Assembly (NCBI GenBank): GCA_025355385.1
Contig: JANXZS010000071.1
Span: forward strand, 4,620-68,619
Length of the DNA: 64,000 bases
Origin: Acidobacteriaceae bacterium
GTDB taxonomy: Bacteria > Acidobacteriota > Terriglobia > Terriglobales > Acidobacteriaceae
Reading direction: 5' to 3'
A program made the translations under genes and the position numbers. Under the pieces are notes generated by a model. The model saw nothing but the letters and a program-made list of their open reading frames with translations, ran no database searches and was not told the DNA's origin. Shown piece after piece: positions 38,951 to 49,161 of this stretch (position 1 is the stretch's first letter; each line of letters starts with the position of its first letter).

Positions 38951-39210
38951 ACAGCGCATCCGTCAGCGCCACTTCCAGCGTGTCCTCGCAGCAGAAGCCA
39001 AGCACGACTCCAACCCAGGAGCCGTCGCGGGGCCTTCTGGCTGCAGAAACTGCGGAAGTGGAACCGCGCAAACCAGTAACGGGCGCATTCGCCAACAGTG
39101 GATGCGTCCGCGTGGATATTCGAATGGGCCAGGTGGAACCGGTCCATTTCGTCTCCAATTCCCTGATATTACAGCGCTTTTAACCTTCTGTTCACCTGAA
39201 ACAGGTAGCG

Positions 39211-40269
39211 TTGGTCTTGGTGAAGATCAAACTCCAAGAAGCCGGTGTGGCAGGCCAATCGGGTTCGCCCTCTAGGGGCCGGACCCGCTCGGGTGTGGAT
39301 TCGCAGCCAGAACCTTCTCTTGTAAGGAAATTTCTTCTCAGCCGGGGAAGCTCCGCATTCGCCGATCGGACCTTCCGCGGTCTCATGCTCTTGTGCGCTT
39401 TTAGCATCTTTGGAATTGTGGCTTTGATTGCCACCGAATTGGTGTTGCGATCGCAGATGTCCATCAACAAATTCGGAATGGCGTTCTTCTTCCGCCAGAT
39501 ATGGGACCCGGTTAGCGGCGACTTCGGGGCTTTGCCTTTTATCTATGGAACTCTCGCCTCTTCATTTTTGGCTCTTCTGATTGCCGTGCCGCTGGCCATT
39601 GGTCTGGCGATCTTTCTAACGGAGATGTGCCCGCGATTTCTGCGAAGCCCCCTGGCGTTCATCACGGAATTGCTGGCAGCCATTCCCAGCGTTGTCTATG
39701 GACTATGGGCCATTTTTGTCCTGGTGCCGATTTTGCGCGAGCACGTGAACCCAGTGCTGGCGAAGACTCTCGGCTGGACAGGCCTTTTCAGTGGTCCAAA
39801 CTTTGGCATTGGCATGCTGGCTGCTGGCGTGATTCTTGCCATCATGATCCTGCCCATCATCTCCTCGCTTACTCGCGAGGTGATGACATCTGTTCCCCAC
39901 ACCCAGCGCGAGGCTGTATTGGCGCTCGGCGCTACGCGGTGGGAAATGATCCGAATGGGCGTGCTGCGCAATGCCCGCATCGGGATTGTCGGGTCGATTA
40001 TTCTCGGACTGGGTCGAGCGCTCGGCGAGACGATGGCCGTCACCATGGTCATCGGCAATCGGCCAGAGATCGCCAAGTCTCTTTTCGCGCCCGGCTATTC
40101 CATGGCCGCGGTCATTGCCAGCGAGTTCACCGAAGCTTCGGACGACCTCTATCTGAGTGCGCTGATGGAGATCGGCCTGGCGCTGTTCATTGTCACGATC
40201 GTCGTGAACGCATTGGCTCGCCTGCTGGTGTGGGCGGTCACCCGGGGAACACCGGCGCGCATCAATTAG
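39211..40269 (+). CDS. pstC: phosphate ABC transporter permease PstC
   Basis: 6-TM permease with EAA loop QREAVLALGATRWEMI. TTG start; the real start may be downstream. Confidence 0.85.
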   Translation: MVLVKIKLQEAGVAGQSGSPSRGRTRSGVDSQPEPSLVRKFLLSRGSSAFADRTFRGLMLLCAFSIFGIVALIATELVLRSQMSINKFGMAFFFRQIWDPVSGDFGALPFIYGTLASSFLALLIAVPLAIGLAIFLTEMCPRFLRSPLAFITELLAAIPSVVYGLWAIFVLVPILREHVNPVLAKTLGWTGLFSGPNFGIGMLAAGVILAIMILPIISSLTREVMTSVPHTQREAVLALGATRWEMIRMGVLRNARIGIVGSIILGLGRALGETMAVTMVIGNRPEIAKSLFAPGYSMAAVIASEFTEASDDLYLSALMEIGLALFIVTIVVNALARLLVWAVTRGTPARIN

Positions 40270-40279
40270 CGAGACTCAT

Positions 40280-41155
40280 ATGGCTCACCGATCGAATACG
40301 AGTGCCGCGAACCGAATCTGGCGCACCATTGCCAACCATGTTGCTACGGGTCTGGCTGTGGTAAGCACCATTCTGGTAGTGGCTCCCCTGGTGGCAATCT
40401 TCGTCTACTTGATCTACAAGGGCGCCAGTTCCCTCAACTTCGCTTTCTTCACACAGGCTCCAAAGCCCGTCGGAGAAGCAGGCGGAGGTATGGCAAATTC
40501 GATTCTCGGCTCCGCAATTCTGCTTGCTGTCGGCAGTGCCATCGGAGTACCGATCGGCATCGCTGGAGGCATCTTCCTCGCGGAGTTCGGCCGCGGAGGA
40601 AGACTTGCGAACACAATCCGGTTTACCGCCGATGTTTTGAACGGTGTGCCATCGATCGTGATGGGAATCGCAGTCTACTCGCTGATTGTGCTGCCGCAAA
40701 AGCACTTCTCAGCGCTGTCTGGCGGCGTCGCTCTGGGCATCATGATGATTCCGACAATCACACGCACCACCGAGGAAATGCTGTTAATGGTGCCGCATGC
40801 GATTCGCGAAGCGGCGCTTGGCCTGGGCGTTCCCAACTGGCGCTCGGTCCTTGCGATTACTCTGAAAACTGCCTCCCCGGGAATCATAACCGGCTGCATG
40901 CTTGCGTTTGCGCGCGTGGCGGGAGAGACTGCCCCTCTCCTCTTCACCGCCTTCGGCAACCAGTTCTGGAGCGCCAATCTCAACGAGCCGATCGCTGCGC
41001 TCCCTCTGCAAATATTCATCTATGCCATCTCGCCCTATGATGAATGGCACAGGCTGGCGTGGGCCGGGGCGCTTGTGCTCATAGCGCTCATTGTGGTCGC
41101 CGTCTCGCTCGTTCGCTACGTGGCGTCGCGCGGAATATTGAAAGGGGCAAACTAG
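40280..41155 (+). CDS. pstA: phosphate ABC transporter permease PstA
   Basis: EAA loop [16 protein letters not shown]. 291 aa. Confidence 0.9.
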   Translation: MAHRSNTSAANRIWRTIANHVATGLAVVSTILVVAPLVAIFVYLIYKGASSLNFAFFTQAPKPVGEAGGGMANSILGSAILLAVGSAIGVPIGIAGGIFLAEFGRGGRLANTIRFTADVLNGVPSIVMGIAVYSLIVLPQKHFSALSGGVALGIMMIPTITRTTEEMLLMVPHAIREAALGLGVPNWRSVLAITLKTASPGIITGCMLAFARVAGETAPLLFTAFGNQFWSANLNEPIAALPLQIFIYAISPYDEWHRLAWAGALVLIALIVVAVSLVRYVASRGILKGAN

Positions 41156-41913
41156 TGGGCGTCGGTATTCAAGTCACCGATTTGAATGCGTGGTACGGAG
41201 CCAACCATGCGCTTCTCGGAATCAACATGAACATTCCCGCCAATCATGTGACCGCGCTGATCGGTCCATCGGGGTGTGGCAAGTCTACCTTTGTGCGCTG
41301 TCTGAATCGCATGCATGAGACAAATGCAACGGCGCGCGTATCGGGTGAAGTCCGCATCGGCGACGTCGATATTTACGCTGAGGCATCTCCCGTTGAAATT
41401 CGTCGCCGCGTCGGGATGGTCTTCCAACGTCCCAATCCTTTTCCTACGATGTCCATCTACGACAACGTGGCGTCGGGCCTGCGCCTGAACGGCTTTCGCA
41501 ACAAAGGTGTGCTGGATGAAGTAGTGGAGCGCTCGCTTCAGAGCTCAGCCTTGTGGGACGAAGTGAAAGACGATTTGCACAAAAAGTCCGGTGCCAGTCT
41601 CTCGGGCGGTCAGCAACAGCGTCTCTGCATCGCGCGCGCGCTTGCGGTAGATCCTGAAGTGCTGCTGATGGACGAGCCGGCATCGGCTCTCGACCCGGTT
41701 TCTACGGCAAAGATTGAAGATCTGATCTTTCAGCTTAAATCGCAATACACTATCGTCATCGTTACGCACAACATGCAGCAGGCTGCACGTGTAGCGGAGA
41801 CGACCGGCTTTTTCCTTATGGGAAAGCTGGTGGAGTTTGATTCGACGCACAAGATTTTCACCAATCCAACCGACAAGCGCACAGAGGATTACATCACGGG
41901 CAGGTTTGGATGA
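41155..41913 (+). CDS. pstB: phosphate ABC transporter ATP-binding protein
   Basis: Trimmed to GTG 41155 (TAGTG overlap with the pstA stop; RBS AAAGGGG). [34 protein letters not shown]. Confidence 0.9.
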   Translation: MGVGIQVTDLNAWYGANHALLGINMNIPANHVTALIGPSGCGKSTFVRCLNRMHETNATARVSGEVRIGDVDIYAEASPVEIRRRVGMVFQRPNPFPTMSIYDNVASGLRLNGFRNKGVLDEVVERSLQSSALWDEVKDDLHKKSGASLSGGQQQRLCIARALAVDPEVLLMDEPASALDPVSTAKIEDLIFQLKSQYTIVIVTHNMQQAARVAETTGFFLMGKLVEFDSTHKIFTNPTDKRTEDYITGRFG

Positions 41914-42614
41914 CACGACTCAGATTTCAACAAAGCCTCGATGATTTGAAGGAAAAACTACTCGTGATGGCTGGCATGTCCGAGCAGGCGATTCAGCGCG
42001 CAATCGAGGCCTACCGTACACGTGACATCTCCATCTGCGACCTGGTGGTTCGCAGCGAGATGGCAATCAACCGCCTCGAGCGCTCCATCGACCAAATGGC
42101 TATCGACATTCTTGCGATGGAACAGCCCACCGCCATCGATCTTCGATTCATCCTGGCGGTCATCAAGATTAACGCGGACCTGGAACGTGTCGGCGACGCG
42201 GCGGTGACTATCACCGAGCGTGTCCGCGATCTTCAAGTATTCCAGTCGGTGGAGCTACCCGTCGATATCCAGCGCATGGCGTCGCTCGCTGCGGGAATGA
42301 TACGTAAATCACTGCAAGCCTTCATTGAGTTCGATGCAGAGCTTGCGCAGACCGTCCTGACCATGGACGACAGCGTCGATAGACTCAACGAAAATGCTTT
42401 CTTTGCGTTGTCGAACGTGATGAAGCAAAAGCCTGAACTGACGCCACAGGCGCTCAATGCCCTCATGATCTCGCGCAGCCTGGAGCGCGTTGCCGATCAC
42501 GCGACCAACATTGCTGAAGATGTAATTTTCTGGGTGCGTGGCGCGGATGTGCGCCACTATCTCAGTACGAACGAGGCCGTGCGGGATAGGCCTGGCGAGT
42601 CAGATTTGCATTAG
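41910..42614 (+). CDS. phoU: phosphate signalling complex protein PhoU
   Basis: Two PhoU repeats ([27 protein letters not shown]). 4-nt overlap with pstB. Confidence 0.9.
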   Translation: MTRLRFQQSLDDLKEKLLVMAGMSEQAIQRAIEAYRTRDISICDLVVRSEMAINRLERSIDQMAIDILAMEQPTAIDLRFILAVIKINADLERVGDAAVTITERVRDLQVFQSVELPVDIQRMASLAAGMIRKSLQAFIEFDAELAQTVLTMDDSVDRLNENAFFALSNVMKQKPELTPQALNALMISRSLERVADHATNIAEDVIFWVRGADVRHYLSTNEAVRDRPGESDLH

Positions 42615-42722
42615 CATAAATGCATCGAGTCCCAAGCTCCGTCGTGTCTGCCCGAGCACGAAGGCCGCTTCGGCCCATCTTCTTCGAATGTACCGCAAGT
42701 CAAATTGTCCCGGCCCGGTACC

Positions 42723-45700
42723 TCAAACAAGCCATGATTCCAGCCTGCGCAGCAGAGGATAATAGAGGCCGAGCCGTATCCACGTCTTAGGCCCTTTGAG
42801 TAAGCGCAAAACTTCTGCGTAGGTGTCGAGCTGTGGCCTGTACTCCTCTCGCTCTAGTTCGAGAAACTCTGCAAGGCCGCTTGCACTGTGGTTCGCAGTT
42901 TTGTAATCGATAATCCAATAAACACTGTCCCCGGGAGAGGCCACGCCTTCACCGGCGCGAAATACGCGGTCGGCGCGGACATTGCGCAGTGAGCCTTTGA
43001 GCCATCCACTCCACGCGGCTTCACTTTGGGCTTCCGCGTGTGGAGACAGTATCCAGTTTCCAGCTTCATCTTCCAACGTTCCGGATACAGCGGCTATGAC
43101 TTCTGCCGCGAGCGGAGCTGACTTAGTATTAGAAACGCCTTCCGATCGAAGCAAATTCTCTATCGTCTGATTCCAATCGGGGAGTTTCTGCCGGCACAGT
43201 AGGGTACTAGTTCCCTCGGCCAGCATGCCTGCGGCCTTCTCAAGCAGAGCGTGGACCGCGATGCCGAAGGCCCTTGCTCGTATCGATCCCGCTGGTCGTT
43301 CGTACAGATTCTCAGAGGAGCTTTCAGTGGAATATGCTGCAGTCGCGGTTACATTCATTCGAGGTTTCGCCGGTATGAAGTTATCAGGCAGGCGGCGAAG
43401 ATTGCACTGACGCTCCTCGCCGGCGGCAATGTCGAGCACTCCGGGGAAGGGAAGTGCGGTCTGCGGTGGGAAGGTGAGCATGTTGTCTCGGATCGATGCA
43501 GTAACTAGCTTCTCTTGCCATTCTCCTAATGCCCGAAGAAAATCTGCCTCAAGCCCGGGCCAGGCAGTCCTCAAGAGACTCCCATAACGACCGGGAGTAA
43601 GCGAATAGGCAATTTCACCGGTTGCCTTGTCGACTTCTTCTTTGATGGGGGCAGTCCCCAGCAGATGTAACTCGTGCCGCGCGCGAGTGCAGGCAACATA
43701 GAATAGCCGCTTCTGTTCTTCCCCTAGGCGCATGTTCTCTTGCTTCCTCACCCAGGCGCACAATGAGTCTGCGTCCTTCCCCTTGCCTCCGATCGGCGCA
43801 ACGAGAATCTCGCTATTTCTCTCGCTGTCCTCAGAATGATCGTTGAATGGAATCGAACGCTCGAGCCATGAAAGCAGCTTGGCTTTGTCTCTATTGGGTT
43901 GACGATCGAGGCCAGGAACGATTACGACCTCAAAGCCTAGCCCCTTAGCCTTGTGAATTGTCATTAACTGAATGCCTGCGGATTCGCTCGATTCGGGATC
44001 GGGCTTTGCAAACAGCCGTGTGAGTTTGTCAGCCAGTTCTCCGCCTAAGCATGCGATGCCGTCGGCGTCAATCGTTTCCAGCATACTGAAAAAGACCTGT
44101 GTGTTTTCATAGGCAAGGGCGTCAACGCACTCGGGTCCTCCAAGGCTGTACCACACGCGCTCCATCCACGCGGCCAGGGATTGCGAGGAGGATTGACGAT
44201 ACCTCTGCTGCAGAGCAGCTTCGAGGACCATCTGTGTCCTGCTCGCACGCTTCTGTACATCGGCACTCAACAATCCGCTGCGGGTCCGCAGCAATTCGAT
44301 TACAGGCACGTTAGCAAGCGATCGTGTATCAGAGCCGCAGAGTTGGTGCAAATCCGCGAGCGTGAGCCCGCACCACGGTGCACGCAGCGCTGCCAGCCAT
44401 GCCACTCGGTCCATCGGATGCAGCAGAGCCTTCAGCAACGAGGTGAGGTCGAGCACCTCCTGCCTTTCTCCCAGGTTTTCCATCTCTACTGCGCGGAAGC
44501 GAATGCCCGCTCGGCGCAGCTTCTCTGCGATTGGCAGCAAATGATTGCGGGCTCTAGAAAGAATGGCGAGCGTGTAACTTTGATTGTTACGTTTCGCTTC
44601 TTCAATCCGTGCGAGATGTGTTTGGACGATTTCAAATATCTGTTCCGCTTCGTGATCCTGCGCCTGCAGTCGGACCTGCGAGGGAAGGATTCCCGGCGGG
44701 GGCGGGGGGAGGAGGCTTGGCAGGATGTGTACGTTTTCAGGAAAAAAAGTTGGATCGCTGGCTTCAGACGCAGTGAAATCGACCGGCGCTGCCTCAGGGT
44801 TTATATCTTGTGAAAAGATGGGTGCAAGTATTTGGTTCAGACGATCGACCACGCCTCGATTCGAGCGGAAGTTGGTGGTAAGTTGCAATTCTTTGAGCAG
44901 CAGTGGATGGGGGCCCGTGCCGAGTCCATGCAAACGGGCATGTTGGAATAGTTCGACCTCCGCCTGGCGAAATAAATAAATGGACTGCATCGGATCACCA
45001 ACGAGAAAGCAGGTGCGGCCCTCTTCCGGAGACCATCCACGTACGAGCATCTTCAGCAACTCGTGCTGAATACGGGAGGTGTCTTGAAATTCGTCTACCA
45101 GCAGATGGCGTAGCTCCTCGCTGGTTGCCAGCCCAAGTTCGGTTGGAGATTCCCCCAGCACCTCATCCCGTTGCTGCAGCACCCGTGCGGCTGCCAGGCC
45201 AATCTCAACGAAGTCCACGACATTCTGTTCGGCGAAAATAACTGTCAATTCAGCCGTCGCCCGTCGAAGTGTGAGGAAGAGCTTCGAGAGCAGCGCCCAC
45301 TGTTCGCCGGTGTAATGTGCAGGTGGCAGCTCGTTGATCTCGCAGAGTGCTTGTCGAAATCCAGGTATTGATTCCAGCTGTTCTACTAGCGCTTTGAAGC
45401 TGCTTTTTTCTGTGCTGGAGCTAGGTGGAAACCCCTGACGGGCCGTGGGACTCTTACGCCACGTGCCACTATTAGTCAGCAAAAAACTAGCGACCGCCTT
45501 CCAAGTGTCTACATTCTCTTCCGTCTGCGCAGGAAAGTCGTCAAGGTCAGAAAGGGATGCAATCTTGTCGATATTGTGCGCATACTTTTCGCACTCCGGT
45601 GATTTCAGATTAACGCAAGCAAAGGCCGCAAGATCCGCGAACTGTCTTCCGTCTATGCCGGCCTTTTCGACCATGCCGCCAAGTCTCTTTAGAGCCCGTC

Positions 45701-46388
45701 GAATAGCACGCGCCATGGGCTTCTCCAATTCCCGGCGCACCGTTTGCTGCCAATCTGCATCGGGATTTAGAACGTATGCATGCTGCCATTGATCCCGGTG
45801 CGCCAGCATATCGGCTATCAGCTGCCCGCACTCCGAAAGGCCGTTGTCCCGCTGTTCTAACAGGGCACTGATGGCCTCGGTCAATTGGCTGTCTGAACCA
45901 CCAAGCCGTTGCAATGTTCGTCGCGCCGCGAGGGAATACAGTGCCCCCGCGGCTTCGGTTGGCTGAAATGTTCCGCCGAGACGGGCGAGAAGTGGAGTGC
46001 GATGTGCCAGGGCCAGGCAAAAAGAGTCAATTGTTTCAATTTTGAGCAATTGCGGATTGCTGAGTAGGTCCCACCCTTGTTGCCGCGCATGACGCAGGGC
46101 TCGTCGTGCGGGTTCGAGCGCCGGATCATCCGACCCCTCGTTGCGCATCGCGCGTTCCATGCTTTCGAGAATGCGTCGCCGCATCTCGGCTGTCGCAGCC
46201 CGGGTGAACGTGATCGCCAAGATCTGATCAGGCGAGTCAACTTCGCTCAACAAACTGAGGAAGCGTTGCGTCAGCAATTCTGTCTTGCCTGATCCGGCGG
46301 GAGCCTGGACTATCCAGGATTGGCCAGTGTCGAGCGCTTGGGTGCGCGCCGGAGAGTCCACCCAGCGCACGGCTTCCGACTCAATCAT
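42723..46388 (-). CDS. addA: double-strand break repair helicase/nuclease AddA (UvrD-like + PD-(D/E)XK)
   Basis: Walker A QAPAGSGKTELL, LLVDEFQDTS, C-terminal nuclease WIIDYKT. Confidence 0.8.
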   Translation of the reverse strand: MIESEAVRWVDSPARTQALDTGQSWIVQAPAGSGKTELLTQRFLSLLSEVDSPDQILAITFTRAATAEMRRRILESMERAMRNEGSDDPALEPARRALRHARQQGWDLLSNPQLLKIETIDSFCLALAHRTPLLARLGGTFQPTEAAGALYSLAARRTLQRLGGSDSQLTEAISALLEQRDNGLSECGQLIADMLAHRDQWQHAYVLNPDADWQQTVRRELEKPMARAIRRALKRLGGMVEKAGIDGRQFADLAAFACVNLKSPECEKYAHNIDKIASLSDLDDFPAQTEENVDTWKAVASFLLTNSGTWRKSPTARQGFPPSSSTEKSSFKALVEQLESIPGFRQALCEINELPPAHYTGEQWALLSKLFLTLRRATAELTVIFAEQNVVDFVEIGLAAARVLQQRDEVLGESPTELGLATSEELRHLLVDEFQDTSRIQHELLKMLVRGWSPEEGRTCFLVGDPMQSIYLFRQAEVELFQHARLHGLGTGPHPLLLKELQLTTNFRSNRGVVDRLNQILAPIFSQDINPEAAPVDFTASEASDPTFFPENVHILPSLLPPPPPGILPSQVRLQAQDHEAEQIFEIVQTHLARIEEAKRNNQSYTLAILSRARNHLLPIAEKLRRAGIRFRAVEMENLGERQEVLDLTSLLKALLHPMDRVAWLAALRAPWCGLTLADLHQLCGSDTRSLANVPVIELLRTRSGLLSADVQKRASRTQMVLEAALQQRYRQSSSQSLAAWMERVWYSLGGPECVDALAYENTQVFFSMLETIDADGIACLGGELADKLTRLFAKPDPESSESAGIQLMTIHKAKGLGFEVVIVPGLDRQPNRDKAKLLSWLERSIPFNDHSEDSERNSEILVAPIGGKGKDADSLCAWVRKQENMRLGEEQKRLFYVACTRARHELHLLGTAPIKEEVDKATGEIAYSLTPGRYGSLLRTAWPGLEADFLRALGEWQEKLVTASIRDNMLTFPPQTALPFPGVLDIAAGEERQCNLRRLPDNFIPAKPRMNVTATAAYSTESSSENLYERPAGSIRARAFGIAVHALLEKAAGMLAEGTSTLLCRQKLPDWNQTIENLLRSEGVSNTKSAPLAAEVIAAVSGTLEDEAGNWILSPHAEAQSEAAWSGWLKGSLRNVRADRVFRAGEGVASPGDSVYWIIDYKTANHSASGLAEFLELEREEYRPQLDTYAEVLRLLKGPKTWIRLGLYYPLLRRLESWLV

Positions 46389-49161
46389 GGGTTTCTTCCT
46401 CTCCGCCGTTTCCGTTCTCCAGGTCGCTGATATCTACTGCCATGCGCGGTATGTTGGTTTCCGCAACTCGGCAGAGCGCGGGGAATGCACAGTATTTGCA
46501 GGTGTGCGGATACTGCTTGGGCGACACGGAGGCTTCACCGGAGAGAAACGCATTTGCCAGATCCAAAATGTCATCCTTCCAGTTGACATACATCGAGTTG
46601 TCGAGTGGCCTCTGGATCAGCGCCGAGCGTCCATCGAGATCAACCAGCAGCTGGGTTTTTGCATTGCGAACGTGTCCGATAAAATTCATCTTTTCAGCGC
46701 GTATCTGGGCGAAAACTACACCCTGAACGTTTTCCATTCCGCCGTATGTCGCATAGAGGGGGAGCTGCGGCTCCTCCAGTCGGGGTACGGTCCATTTTGC
46801 CGTGGAGACCTCGCCGGTCTTGTAGTCGATCAGGAGTCGTGCTCCATCGCCTAGCAGATCGACCCGGTCGACGCGCAGATCGAGTCGAAGCGCCCCTACA
46901 TAGACATCCTTTAGCTCCTTTTCGCATGCTTCGACCGTGAAGGGTTGGCGACGAGACTCATACGTAAGCCAGGAAGTGAGAATCGAACGGAGTCTCTGCT
47001 TCTCCGCTCTGAGATAGGTTGCCGTCCATTCATCCACTCCCTGCGTGGCCGGGTTTCGCTCAAAGACTTGTTCGATGTGCTTCGCGAGGATCCTACCCAG
47101 GGTTTTATCCCGGATCGCGGAGCCAAGGTCTTCAAGCGAATGAAGCCTCCCTTCCGCATGTGGCACCGGAGACCAGAGCCGTTCCAGCACGCAGTGCAGC
47201 AACTCCCCCCGCTGCAGCGCAGACAGTCCCCACTGAGCCTGTTCCAATTCGCTGGCAGCGAGTCTCTTAGCGGCGAACGACTGGAAGGGGCATGCGGATT
47301 GACGCTTCAGAACCGCGAAGCCGCCGGGAGATACTTCAGTGGGCCACGGAATATTCTCGCTGTCAGGAACTCTCTCAGTCTGATCAAACGCCCGAGGTTC
47401 AGATTCAAGTTCTAGTTCTGAGCGAAATTCGATTGCTGGCACAGCCTTCAATTGTTCCAGCAACTCGCGTAGCAGCGCGGAAGGCCTGAGGGCGCCATCG
47501 TCATTTTGGGAGCAATAGCTGAAGATCGAAATGGGCGCACTGGACGCGATACGCAGAGTGGCGGTCCGTGCGAGGGTCCAGTCGGATATGGCGCTTGTGT
47601 GCGGCATGCCGGCGGCGCGCTGAACAGCAATAGGAAGCAGGGGATGCGGCTTGCCGTAATTCGGCCAGCTACTTTCATCCGCTCCAAGAAACCAAACGGC
47701 ATCGAAGCTTTGGCCGGAGGACTCCGCAGGTCCCAGAACTTGCACCTGTGCATCCTCGGACTCGGGCGCGAAAATAGAGTCGGCCGCGTGTCTCTCAAGA
47801 AATTGCAGGAATTCTTTATACGTCAGGAAATAATCGTCGAAGCCAAGCGTAGCCATGCTTTCGAGCAGCCGGGCCCATTTCTTACGCGCCTGAAATTCGA
47901 TGCTGTCAGGCTCCGCAGGCCCCGGCCAGCCCACAGTGGTCAGCATCGCCTGCGCCAACTCCGTCCACTCCAAGGCCTCACGACGGGGCTTTACCTGCGC
48001 CATTCTCGACATGTTTAGCAGCCGCTGAATCAGCTTCTGTCCAGCTTCATTCGCCTGATTACGGCGTTGAGCCACGAAGCTTGAGAGGCTGATTTCTTGT
48101 TGCATCAGGCCGGATCCTCGCAGTCTGGAATCTATCTCAGCCAGTTCCATCGGATCTGTATCAGTGATTGCGACAAAGTCTGAAAGCAGCAGCCATGAGA
48201 GCTCCTCCGCCATCAGAGGACTGTCAATCCAACGCAGCAGCAACAGTGCGGCCCGCACGGTGGGAAGCGTTGCCAGCGAAACTCCGAGCGAGAATTCAAA
48301 AGGTAAAGGCGCAGATTTGGCAGCAACATCCATCGTTTCTGGGGCCAGCGTGCGGCGGAAGGTGCGCTCAATCTCTCCGCGAGCCGCTTTAAGGTCGGGC
48401 ACGATAACCGCGATGCGAAGAGCGGAATTAGATAGGAGTAACTTCCGCAGCCACGCTGCACAGGTGGCAATTTCGTCCCGACGATTCTGCGCCAAGACGA
48501 GACGGGAGTCCTCGGAGGCGACGTGTGACGTTAGGATCGAAGCAACGGAGCCCATCTCTCTGACGGCATCTAGCAGGTTTTGCTGCTCCGGCGTGAGCCT
48601 GTCAAAGCCGAGCAGACGTATCTCCGTGGGGGCGGGGATGGCCCCCCCCCTGATCTTTCCCGCCAGCATCGATGCGATTTGACTGTGATTGACGACGCGT
48701 CTCTGGCGACACTCCGAATCAAACACGGAGGCCCATCGGCGAAATGCTTCGGGATCGCTTACAGAATCCTCTCCGCGCGTGGACCAGGGGTGCTGGCGTT
48801 GCGGTTGCGCGCTGTAATCCGATAGCAGCGAGTATGCCTGCTGGGCCAGGTCAGCCAGCGGGCCGACAGAATAGACCAGTTTCGCCTCGGGCTGCGATTG
48901 CACCACACGCTCCCAAAGCCAGCGCTCCTGCAGAGAAGAAAGCACAAGCGGAGCGTCGTTCGCTGAGAAGGCGTATCCCGCCCAAAGATCCCCCAGCCAC
49001 CCAACCCAATCGACAATTGTGGGGGAGACCCATGCCTGTGTCCCCCGGGACCTCTGCCAGTCTGCATAATCGCGAAGCAAGGTACGCGCGGTCCGGAGAT
49101 TCGCGGTGACGACCAGGCCGCCGCCTGCGATAAAGCCCAGAAGTTCGACAGCAGCTTCCAT
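46381..49161 (-). CDS. addB: double-strand break repair protein AddB (PD-(D/E)XK nuclease, no obvious Walker A)
   Basis: LLIDYKTGE nuclease motif. C-terminal cysteine cluster CKYCAFPALC. 8-nt overlap with addA. Confidence 0.8.
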   Translation of the reverse strand: MEAAVELLGFIAGGGLVVTANLRTARTLLRDYADWQRSRGTQAWVSPTIVDWVGWLGDLWAGYAFSANDAPLVLSSLQERWLWERVVQSQPEAKLVYSVGPLADLAQQAYSLLSDYSAQPQRQHPWSTRGEDSVSDPEAFRRWASVFDSECRQRRVVNHSQIASMLAGKIRGGAIPAPTEIRLLGFDRLTPEQQNLLDAVREMGSVASILTSHVASEDSRLVLAQNRRDEIATCAAWLRKLLLSNSALRIAVIVPDLKAARGEIERTFRRTLAPETMDVAAKSAPLPFEFSLGVSLATLPTVRAALLLLRWIDSPLMAEELSWLLLSDFVAITDTDPMELAEIDSRLRGSGLMQQEISLSSFVAQRRNQANEAGQKLIQRLLNMSRMAQVKPRREALEWTELAQAMLTTVGWPGPAEPDSIEFQARKKWARLLESMATLGFDDYFLTYKEFLQFLERHAADSIFAPESEDAQVQVLGPAESSGQSFDAVWFLGADESSWPNYGKPHPLLPIAVQRAAGMPHTSAISDWTLARTATLRIASSAPISIFSYCSQNDDGALRPSALLRELLEQLKAVPAIEFRSELELESEPRAFDQTERVPDSENIPWPTEVSPGGFAVLKRQSACPFQSFAAKRLAASELEQAQWGLSALQRGELLHCVLERLWSPVPHAEGRLHSLEDLGSAIRDKTLGRILAKHIEQVFERNPATQGVDEWTATYLRAEKQRLRSILTSWLTYESRRQPFTVEACEKELKDVYVGALRLDLRVDRVDLLGDGARLLIDYKTGEVSTAKWTVPRLEEPQLPLYATYGGMENVQGVVFAQIRAEKMNFIGHVRNAKTQLLVDLDGRSALIQRPLDNSMYVNWKDDILDLANAFLSGEASVSPKQYPHTCKYCAFPALCRVAETNIPRMAVDISDLENGNGGEEETHD

